64,000 nucleotides of DNA. Origin: a virus. Its lineage: Duplodnaviria; Caudoviricetes. The notes under the pieces were generated by a model. That model was given only the letters and a program-made list of their open reading frames with translations, was not told the DNA's origin and made no database searches. A program made the translations under genes and the position numbers. The DNA lies in IMG/VR virus record IMGVR_UViG_3300028048_000066, positions 64,001 to 128,000 of that record; one strand, 5' to 3'. Shown here one piece after another: positions 42,392-50,280 of the stretch (within the stretch, counting starts at the first letter, position 1; every line of letters begins with the position of its first letter).

Positions 42392-43399
42392 ATGGCAATA
42401 GATTATATTTATGGTAGTTTAGATGAATCAGTAGTTCCAGTATTTTATAATGGTAGTGAAACAAGCACTGCTATTACTACTGTTGACAATGATAAAAGAG
42501 TTATAAAAGTAGATGTAAAGAATAGTTCTAGTTATGAAGGTGGAGAAGGTATTGTTGTAAGTGACAATACTATATCTATTGATGATGAAGTAGTTGCAAC
42601 AAAAGAGGATGTAGCAAATGTTAGAACATACAAGACATTTAATAGTGGTTGGAATTTATCTGGAACAACACAAGAGTTTTGTCAAAGTGTTGAAGAAGAT
42701 ATACTAGCACCAGAAGGAACTGCATATTTAGGAACATTAAATTGTAAAGATTTACCTAATGATATGGTTCAAGCAGAAGCAATTGTAGAAATTATTTCAA
42801 GTGGTGCTAATGGTAAGTGCATTGATATTACTCTTACAAGTTTAGAAGTGTCACCTTATAGATGGACATACTCTTATGGTAGAGTTAATGGTAGTGTAGT
42901 TACTGTTGGTTGGAAAGGTAGTCAAGAAGAATTAGTTAGTGGAACGAATATTAAGACTATTAACGGTAGTTCAATATTAGGCAGTGGAGATTTAACTATT
43001 AGTGGTGGAACAACATTAAATTATTATACTTATAGTTTAGGAACTTCTTTAATTGGTAAAACAAGTAAAATAATAAATATATTAAAAAATGCAAAAGGGC
43101 GTATACTTGGTTATTTACGATTTAGAGTAAGTGAAACGCCTATTGTTGATATGATAGTTCATTTTAATAATGCTGAATATTATAATGATAGTTATGCAAA
43201 CAATATAAGATTTAGAGGTGTACATTATACACAAAGTGCATTATACCTATATGATATTTATTTAATCAATGGCGTAAATGAGGGTATATTTTCTAATTCG
43301 TGTTTAAAAATTGAAAATAATACAATAACAAGTGCATTAAATCTTGGTATGCAATTAGGGGGATATATTGCTTACTTTAATGATACACAATTACACTAA
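42392..43399 (+). CDS. Short fibre-like protein sharing its N-terminus with 37511..41491
   Basis: YIYG.L...V....Y.G..T.T..T.VDN....I.VDV; also the fibre motif LVSGTNIKTINGSSILGSGD. Confidence 0.7.
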   Translation: MAIDYIYGSLDESVVPVFYNGSETSTAITTVDNDKRVIKVDVKNSSSYEGGEGIVVSDNTISIDDEVVATKEDVANVRTYKTFNSGWNLSGTTQEFCQSVEEDILAPEGTAYLGTLNCKDLPNDMVQAEAIVEIISSGANGKCIDITLTSLEVSPYRWTYSYGRVNGSVVTVGWKGSQEELVSGTNIKTINGSSILGSGDLTISGGTTLNYYTYSLGTSLIGKTSKIINILKNAKGRILGYLRFRVSETPIVDMIVHFNNAEYYNDSYANNIRFRGVHYTQSALYLYDIYLINGVNEGIFSNSCLKIENNTITSALNLGMQLGGYIAYFNDTQLH

Positions 43400-43457
43400 T
43401 TATGAACGAAGCATTAGTAAAATTAGATACACAAATATAACGCAAAGGAGATAAATT

Positions 43458-43568
43458 ATGCACACAGCAAGAGAACTATTAGCATATATAGAGCAAAAGA
43501 TTAAAGAGCAATTAAAACAAATACAACAACCAGAAGAAGATAATGATAATTCTTCTGATGATGAATAA
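43458..43568 (+). CDS. 36-aa microprotein (not in track)
   Basis: AAGGAGA RBS; MHTARELLAYIEQKIKEQLKQIQQPEEDNDNSSDDE. Confidence 0.55.
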   Translation: MHTARELLAYIEQKIKEQLKQIQQPEEDNDNSSDDE

Positions 43569-43587
43569 TATAAGGAGAAAATAAACT

Positions 43588-44166
43588 ATGAGCAAAACAT
43601 TTATAGAAAGTATTATTCCTTTTATAACATCAATGAGAAAAGGAATTAGTGATGAAGGTGGTTCTACACCAAAGTTCATTAAGTTCAATAATGGTGATAA
43701 TTTCATTGATTTCCATTTTGATACAACTTCAACACCTACAAAAGATGACTTTGACCTAGTAACTATGGAAGGAGAATTATTTAGTGTAATTGCTGGTTTT
43801 GAATGGCATCAAAAAGATGGAAATATTAAATATGATGGATTTGCAGTTGAGGTTATACCAGAAGGAACAGAAATGGAAGGTGAAGTATTAAAAGGTGATT
43901 TTTTCACAATTATTGACTTTGAAGGTTATGGTATTTATTACAATGATATAGCAGCAGAATATATGAGTAAAGATGGTGAGGTGATAGAACCAGGTTGGAA
44001 AACAGATTCATTTAGATACTTTGCAAAAAACATAAGACAAAGTTTTGATTTAGATGAAGGGTGTTATGGTACAATGATTGATGCACTTGGTGGTATGGAT
44101 GCAAATTATGACCAAGAAGCAAATGGTAAAATATATGGTTTCCTAGATGGAGATATAAAACAATAA
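43588..44166 (+). CDS. Tagged family member 1 (N-terminal IIPFI tag + one FDTT/WNG-type module)
   Basis: Starts MSKTFIESIIPFITSMRKG. Confidence 0.75.
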   Translation: MSKTFIESIIPFITSMRKGISDEGGSTPKFIKFNNGDNFIDFHFDTTSTPTKDDFDLVTMEGELFSVIAGFEWHQKDGNIKYDGFAVEVIPEGTEMEGEVLKGDFFTIIDFEGYGIYYNDIAAEYMSKDGEVIEPGWKTDSFRYFAKNIRQSFDLDEGCYGTMIDALGGMDANYDQEANGKIYGFLDGDIKQ

Positions 44167-44195
44167 GAAAATAATTTAATGAAGGAGATATAATT

Positions 44196-44339
44196 ATGAC
44201 AAAAGAAGAATTTGTAAAAGCATTTAGAGAAAAATTAAGAAAGGCACTAGAAGAGCAAAACAAAAAGAATGCACAAGTAGTTGAAGAAGCACCTAAAAAG
44301 AAAAGGGGAAGACCATCAAAGAAAGTAGAGGAGAAATAA
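44196..44339 (+). CDS. 47-aa AT-hook microprotein (not in track)
   Basis: AAGGAGA RBS; contains PKKKRGRPSKK. Confidence 0.6.
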   Translation: MTKEEFVKAFREKLRKALEEQNKKNAQVVEEAPKKKRGRPSKKVEEK

Positions 44340-44340
44340 G

Positions 44341-45303
44341 ATGAGTAAAAGTTTTATTGAAAAGTTAATACCATTCATTACAAATATGAGAGTAGGTGAA
44401 GGTGAAGATGCACCAGTAACAAGTTTGACACCATTTTCAGTTGGTCAAATAATTAAAGGTTTTGATTTTGGTAATGTTAAGAATGGAGATGTAAGTGCTG
44501 AATTAGATAACTTCTTACTTACACAATTACCTGATTTTGGTGGAAGCGAGTCTACAATTGGCTATTTTATGATTGGAGATGGTGATATTTCATTGATGGG
44601 TTATAATATGAACAATATACAAGAAGGTCTTGGTATTATATTTACTTCTGATAATAATTTGACTGTGTTATATGCAACACAAGATTTTGATATTGAGGGC
44701 ACAAGTGGTACAAAAGGTTTCCAAAACTTAACAGGTGGCAAGTATAATTTAGATTATAGTTCAACTATTGTTGAAGTTAGTGAAAATATTGAAGATACAT
44801 CTTGGAATGGAACACTTATTGGTGCTATTGAAGAAGAACCAGGTCCAGAACCACCAACACCTCCAACACCAGGGGATTTAACACCATTTGAATCAGGTGG
44901 AAGTTTACACGCAGGAGATAAACTTGTAGTAGATTTAAGTGCATCTAATAGTGATATTGTAAATTATTTATCAACATTAACATATGACCCACAATCATAT
45001 AGTTGCTTATTATTAAATACAACAAATGAACCAGGACATTCAGGTCAATCATTTAGAATTGCAGCAATGCAATTTGGTACTCAGTATGTTATTATGGGAA
45101 CAGATGCAACAGGTTACCCATCATCTTTCTGGGGTTATGATACAAGCACAGGTGAAGGTGGTTGGCAATTAAAAGAATTTGATGGAGATAATTATTACAC
45201 AATTAAAGTTGATGGTGGTGTAGAATATTATTCAAATATTGTGCTAAATGATACAGCAGAAGGATGGAATGGTGTATTCATTGGCGTAGAAAAAGGAGAA
45301 TAA
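44341..45303 (+). CDS. Tagged family member 2 (tag + two modules joined by a Pro/Thr linker)
   Basis: Starts MSKSFIEKLIPFITNMRVG; modules end WNGTLIG and WNGVFIG. Confidence 0.75.
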   Translation: MSKSFIEKLIPFITNMRVGEGEDAPVTSLTPFSVGQIIKGFDFGNVKNGDVSAELDNFLLTQLPDFGGSESTIGYFMIGDGDISLMGYNMNNIQEGLGIIFTSDNNLTVLYATQDFDIEGTSGTKGFQNLTGGKYNLDYSSTIVEVSENIEDTSWNGTLIGAIEEEPGPEPPTPPTPGDLTPFESGGSLHAGDKLVVDLSASNSDIVNYLSTLTYDPQSYSCLLLNTTNEPGHSGQSFRIAAMQFGTQYVIMGTDATGYPSSFWGYDTSTGEGGWQLKEFDGDNYYTIKVDGGVEYYSNIVLNDTAEGWNGVFIGVEKGE

Positions 45304-45304
45304 G

Positions 45305-45835
45305 ATGGAAAAAAGTTACATACAAAAAATTATACCTTTCATAGATAATATGAGAGTACAAAGTGAAGGTGGAGAGCCAACACCAGGCAAAGAAGGAACA
45401 CCATTTGAGGTAGGTCAAGTTTATAATTATGCTTATTATAATACAGAATTGTCTTATACACAAATCAATTCTATTTTAGAAAATCTTAATTATGATATTG
45501 GTGATGAGGATTTCAAAATTGCTCAAATTATAATTGATAATGAAGAGAAACCAACTGATTATTTTTCATTAACTGCTTGTAGATTAGATAAATCAATGTT
45601 TGACCCAGAAGCAACTGGTTATGTATATGGGTTTTTAGCAGACAATGATGCTGGTAGTGTTGTAGATGGTTTCATATATATGAGTGAAACACTAGATGTT
45701 GAAGGCACTATAGTTGAACAAGGTTGGCATACAACAACACCAGGACAAATTACATTATCCGATAGAGCAATAGTTGAAGTAAAGAATTGGGATAAAGTAA
45801 ATACAATATTTAGTTCAACACCATTTGAAGAATAA
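45305..45835 (+). CDS. Tagged family member 3 (tag + one divergent module)
   Basis: Starts MEKSYIQKIIPFIDNMRVQ. Confidence 0.75.
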   Translation: MEKSYIQKIIPFIDNMRVQSEGGEPTPGKEGTPFEVGQVYNYAYYNTELSYTQINSILENLNYDIGDEDFKIAQIIIDNEEKPTDYFSLTACRLDKSMFDPEATGYVYGFLADNDAGSVVDGFIYMSETLDVEGTIVEQGWHTTTPGQITLSDRAIVEVKNWDKVNTIFSSTPFEE

Positions 45836-45845
45836 GGAGAAAAAT

Positions 45846-47132
45846 ATGGAAAAGACATTTTTAGAGAGTATAATCCCTTTCATTACTAATATGAGAAAGG
45901 GTGTAAGTGAAGACCAACCAATAGTTAGTTTAATTAAGTTTAAGGGTGGAGATACATTTAAGGATTTCCACTTTGATACAACAAAAACACCAGTAAAGGA
46001 TGATTTTGATAATTGGACAGATTCAGATTTTGGTTCATATTCTTTAATGTGTGGTTTTGATTGGTATTGTGAAGATGAAAAATCACACGAACCAGTGGAA
46101 CTAGACACAATGATTATGGCATATTTCTTCCCAAAAGGTATGCCTATGGGTGAAGGTGTAGTAGTAGAGCAAGACTCGTTTGGTATTATATATGGTGCTG
46201 GTTATCCAATTTATTGTGATGAAGGTATGGCACAGGTGTTATCGCTTATGATGGGTGGAGAAGTCCCAGTTGGTTGGGCATCTGATTCAATGAAGAACGG
46301 ATATACATCTCAATATTATTTACAAGAAAATGCTTATGGACATCTTTGGAATCAAGGAACAGAAGGTGTAGATTATAATAAAGATTGGAATGGAAAGTTT
46401 ATTGGATTCAAAGAAGAAGACTATTATGAACCTGGTCCAGCACCAACAACATATACTATCACAACAAATAGTATAGACAACACAACAATTTCAGGTGAAG
46501 GGACATATGAAGAAGGAACAGATGTTGTAGTTTCTATTCAAGCAAATAATGGATACAGTTTTGTAGGCACACCAACTGCAACAGAAAACGGTGAAGCACT
46601 TGAATTAACAAATGTTGAAGGTGTATATTCAGCAACAATTACAGTTAATCAAAATGTTTCAATAGAGTTTACAGCAACAGTAGAAGAGCAACCAACACCT
46701 ATTACAATCTTACCTTTATATAATGGATTAACTTTACATAATAGCGATAAGTTAGCAGTAGATACAACAAAAGGTGATGAGTTTGCATCTTATTTAGGAA
46801 CACTTGCATATTCAGAAAGTAGATATACTCTAATGACATCACAATATCAAGGTCAACAAGTTAGACTAATGAGAGCAAGACAAGGAGATAACCCAGGTGA
46901 ATATTTTGTAATTATTGGAAATAAACCAATTTACGCAACATATACAGGAAGTTGGAATGGTTGGATGGATGGTGTAGAATATGATGTATCATTCACAGAA
47001 GGTTTCAATAATGTGGAAAATGGTTATTATGCAGTAGACCTTTCAATATTCAGTACTGATTATCAAGATATTTTAGCAATTACAGATACAGACCCAGCAA
47101 CTTGGAATGGTGTTATTATAGGAACATATTAA
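45846..47132 (+). CDS. Tagged family member 4 (tag + module + Ig/B-repeat-like domain + module)
   Basis: ATG 45846 after AAGGAGA; starts MEKTFLESIIPFITNMRKG; central TYTIT...GEGTYEEGTDV...ANNGYSF. Confidence 0.75.
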   Translation: MEKTFLESIIPFITNMRKGVSEDQPIVSLIKFKGGDTFKDFHFDTTKTPVKDDFDNWTDSDFGSYSLMCGFDWYCEDEKSHEPVELDTMIMAYFFPKGMPMGEGVVVEQDSFGIIYGAGYPIYCDEGMAQVLSLMMGGEVPVGWASDSMKNGYTSQYYLQENAYGHLWNQGTEGVDYNKDWNGKFIGFKEEDYYEPGPAPTTYTITTNSIDNTTISGEGTYEEGTDVVVSIQANNGYSFVGTPTATENGEALELTNVEGVYSATITVNQNVSIEFTATVEEQPTPITILPLYNGLTLHNSDKLAVDTTKGDEFASYLGTLAYSESRYTLMTSQYQGQQVRLMRARQGDNPGEYFVIIGNKPIYATYTGSWNGWMDGVEYDVSFTEGFNNVENGYYAVDLSIFSTDYQDILAITDTDPATWNGVIIGTY

Positions 47133-47215
47133 AAATGTATGGACTTATTACATTGATTATGATAGGTGTTACTTGTGTGTGCATACTAATTGCACTATCA
47201 AAATAACACACACTT

Positions 47216-47251
47216 AAAATAAAAGTTGTCCTAGCGATAACTTTTATTTTT
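47216..47251 (+). terminator. Intrinsic terminator
   Basis: AAAATAAAAGTTGTC/GATAACTTTTATTTT stem. Confidence 0.75.
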
Positions 47252-47274
47252 ATGCATTTAGTGTTATATTTTAA

Positions 47275-47289
47275 TGCTAAATTAAATGA
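47275..47289 (+). promoter_or_regulatory. Putative phage late promoter
   Basis: TGCTAAATTAAATGA after a terminator. Confidence 0.7.
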
Positions 47290-47314
47290 TAAAGAAATAT
47301 TAGGAGAAAGGCAG

Positions 47315-47710
47315 ATGATACAACATATTGACCCAATATTAAATCCAGATAATAGGAGAAAACCTTTAGATATAAACATAGAGGATATAATAGTCGGTGG
47401 AACAACAATTCACACTTTTGAAATTCCTCTAAATATTATCACTGATGTTTTATCCCTTGATATTCTCTATGGATATGGAATTGATGTTGTTATAGATAAA
47501 ACACTTAATGATTATCCTAGTGTTAGTTATACAGTTAAAGATGGGGTTACAAGTTTAAAATGTGTGTTAAGTCCAGAAGATACAATTAAGTTTAAAGATT
47601 GGTATAGAGATGCTACAGTTCAATTAAAATTTGTTATGTTTGATGGTGGCACGACAGATTATAGTGACATTTATTATTTAAGGGTATTGAAGACATTAGA
47701 TAATAACTAA
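47315..47710 (+). CDS. BppU-N-like structural protein
   Basis: GTT.HTF.IP...LSPEDT..F......VQL pattern; ATG 47315 after AGGAG. Confidence 0.5.
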   Translation: MIQHIDPILNPDNRRKPLDINIEDIIVGGTTIHTFEIPLNIITDVLSLDILYGYGIDVVIDKTLNDYPSVSYTVKDGVTSLKCVLSPEDTIKFKDWYRDATVQLKFVMFDGGTTDYSDIYYLRVLKTLDNN

Positions 47711-47724
47711 AGAGGTATAGAGTT

Positions 47725-48549
47725 ATGGCAATAAAAGTTAATATCAAAGGAAACTCAACTATACCTGTTGATATGTCAACCAATAATACAAACATTGAGA
47801 TGACTAATAACTGTGAAGTAGCACATAAGATACTTCATAGTGAAATCGTTGCAGAAACACATAGAGCAACTGCAAGAGAAGATGAACTAGATAGAGAAAT
47901 ACACACAAAACAAAATCTTGGGTATATTAAGTTAGATAAATACTTAATGAACCCAGATTGTGGTGTAATTACTGATAGAGATGACTTATTTCAATTAAAC
48001 TCTTATCTAGTAAATAAAGTGTCAGTCAATAATGATATTTATTATCTAACAGTATCAGACAATATAGATTTGGTTTATTTTTGTACAAGTGTATTAGCAA
48101 CTAAAAACCAAATAACTGTTAAAAGAGCAACAGGACAATTTCAAGTAACAGAAGTAGAAGTAGGAACAACTTTCCACAACTTACTTCATAACCTAGATTA
48201 TTTAAGTAGTGGGCATACAGGGTTTGCAGGAATTGAGTTTGGAACAACAGCACAATGGAATAGTAGGCCAGATTATAGGCCAGTAGAAGGTATGATAGTT
48301 GTTTATACTGATTATGCAAAGGATAGTCAAGGAAAAGATGTGTATGGTATAAAGGTTGGAGATGGTAATGCTTATCTCAAAGACAAAGGTTTTATTGCAG
48401 GAAATATAGCAGATATATTAAGAGAGCATATAAACAATGAAGTAATACACATAACAGAAGCAGAAAGACAAAGATGGGATAATAAAATAAATCTTGAAAA
48501 ACCTACAACACCAGGTATGGAAGATTTATTGATATTTAATAGAAATTAA
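47725..48549 (+). CDS. Fibre-associated protein with Mtd_N/hyaluronidase-N-like motif
   Basis: TTAQWN...P.EGMIVVY...IKVGDGNAYL; HINNEVIHITEAER..W. Confidence 0.55.
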   Translation: MAIKVNIKGNSTIPVDMSTNNTNIEMTNNCEVAHKILHSEIVAETHRATAREDELDREIHTKQNLGYIKLDKYLMNPDCGVITDRDDLFQLNSYLVNKVSVNNDIYYLTVSDNIDLVYFCTSVLATKNQITVKRATGQFQVTEVEVGTTFHNLLHNLDYLSSGHTGFAGIEFGTTAQWNSRPDYRPVEGMIVVYTDYAKDSQGKDVYGIKVGDGNAYLKDKGFIAGNIADILREHINNEVIHITEAERQRWDNKINLEKPTTPGMEDLLIFNRN

Positions 48550-48579
48550 AAGATAAAAGTAAAAGGAGATAAAAAATTT

Positions 48580-49908
48580 ATGGCAATTTATACAGACTTA
48601 TCACAATTAGGTAGAGTCCAATTACCAGGTGGAACTACCAAATATGAACTTGTAGATGTAGATGGTCGTTTGATGTTAGCACCTGAATATAGCACTACTG
48701 CATCTTACAGTGTAGGTGACCACATAAGATATGATGGTTCACCTTATGGTTGTAATCTTTATAGAGCAAAAGTAGATATTCCAGCACCAGCAGGAGCATT
48801 TGATGCAACAAAATGGGACAATGTAACAGTTGATAGCGAAATTAGAAGATTAGAAGGTATAATGGCAGGTGGTGTTCATTACAGAGGAAAAACCACAACA
48901 GTATTATATGACGGTGCAACAACAAATCCAATTACAATAAATGGAGCATCTTACACAGCAGAAAGTGGAGATTTAGTATTATTAGATTTAACAAGTGCAA
49001 GTGTTGTAGTAACTTATGCAACAAACACTGCTTATGCAATTCATACATACATTAAGGATGGTGCTTTATATTATATCACAACTGATGCTATTACTGCAAT
49101 AGAAAATACTTCTATTGATGCAATTTCAAGTAAAATAGACCAACTTAAAAATGAACCAGAGTTTTTATTTGATGGAACAAGTTGGGCAGTATTGGGTTCA
49201 ATTAGCGAAGGTCTTGGTGATTTAGCATATAAAGATAGTGCAAGTGGTCCATACACAAGACCAACAGGCAGTGGTTCAGTAACTATTAAGAACTATACAG
49301 AAACAACAAAGTATTTAGTAAGAACAACTATTACAGGAACAAATGGAACAGATAGTGCTACATTAGTAAGTGGTGGTTCTTCAAAGAATCAATGGAAACA
49401 AGATTCAACAAACCCAACAGTTGTTTATGGAACAGCAGATGTAGGCACAGCAGTTACTTACGGAACAGCAAACCCAGGAACAGCAGTAACAGGTGTTGCC
49501 CAAGTAGACTCTCAAAAATCATTTGATACAGATGGTGCAAAAGTTGTTGGTGTAGAAGGGGACTGTTTAGTATTTGATTATGCTACAAAAGGAAATATCT
49601 ATGGAGTTAAAGATGCAACAGGTGTTTCAATTACACCAGCAGTTGCTTCAAATACAACACTAACACCAGCAAAGGCAGCAGATTCTACAAGAACAATAAA
49701 CAACCTTGTATCAGATGGAACACTCACTGGTTCATATACATTAACTGATAAGACATTAGCAAAAGTAGCAAGTTCAGCAACTTATGTAGCAACAGGTGCA
49801 GTTGGTGATAGTGCAGATGGTAATGCAGTTCTTACAGCACTCACACCAGGAACAGAAAGTGCAACAGTCACAGTTGGAACAGAATCAGCAACAGTTACAG
49901 TTAAATAG
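48580..49908 (+). CDS. Thr/Ala/Gly-rich virion fibre/decoration protein with possible carbohydrate-binding repeats
   Basis: YSTTASYSVGDHIRYDG..YRAK (CBM12-like), GGVHYRGKTTT, FDGTSW. Confidence 0.6.
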   Translation: MAIYTDLSQLGRVQLPGGTTKYELVDVDGRLMLAPEYSTTASYSVGDHIRYDGSPYGCNLYRAKVDIPAPAGAFDATKWDNVTVDSEIRRLEGIMAGGVHYRGKTTTVLYDGATTNPITINGASYTAESGDLVLLDLTSASVVVTYATNTAYAIHTYIKDGALYYITTDAITAIENTSIDAISSKIDQLKNEPEFLFDGTSWAVLGSISEGLGDLAYKDSASGPYTRPTGSGSVTIKNYTETTKYLVRTTITGTNGTDSATLVSGGSSKNQWKQDSTNPTVVYGTADVGTAVTYGTANPGTAVTGVAQVDSQKSFDTDGAKVVGVEGDCLVFDYATKGNIYGVKDATGVSITPAVASNTTLTPAKAADSTRTINNLVSDGTLTGSYTLTDKTLAKVASSATYVATGAVGDSADGNAVLTALTPGTESATVTVGTESATVTVK

Positions 49909-49933
49909 TGTCATAAATATAAATATAAAAAAT

Positions 49934-49960
49934 AAAGAGAGTTGAAATATACTCTCTTTT
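49934..49960 (+). terminator. Intrinsic terminator
   Basis: AAAGAGAGT/ACTCTCTTT stem plus T tract. Confidence 0.75.
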
Positions 49961-49974
49961 ATGCTTTTAAAGAG

Positions 49975-49989
49975 TGCTAAATTAAATGA
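49975..49989 (+). promoter_or_regulatory. Putative phage late promoter
   Basis: TGCTAAATTAAATGA after a terminator. Confidence 0.7.
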
Positions 49990-50054
49990 GTTAAAAAGTA
50001 TCTTGAAAATTGATAGATACACCAAACCTTCTTGAAAGTGATAGGAGAAAGCAA

Positions 50055-50264
50055 ATGAGAAAGTCTAGTGCTATTGTTAAAGTAGATAGTGCAGAGAATT
50101 GGGAAAAAGCAAAGAACTATATTCCTGATAATTTTACTATAATAGTTTATGAGTTTGAAGACAACTCTCCTATGGTAAAAATTGGTGATGGTATTCATAA
50201 TGTAAATGAACTACCTTTCCTTTCAAGAAGACAAGAAGTAAAGGAAGACACACTGATTTTATAA
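50055..50264 (+). CDS. Small Mtd_N-like fibre-anchor protein
   Basis: DSAENW...YIP...KIGDG...VNELPF; ATG 50055 after AGGAG. Confidence 0.55.
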   Translation: MRKSSAIVKVDSAENWEKAKNYIPDNFTIIVYEFEDNSPMVKIGDGIHNVNELPFLSRRQEVKEDTLIL

Positions 50265-50280
50265 TAGGAGATTTTTTAAT

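Noticed and set aside
45242-45252. TGCTAAATGAT as another late promoter
   Set aside because: Only the first 8 nt match and it lies inside a CDS.
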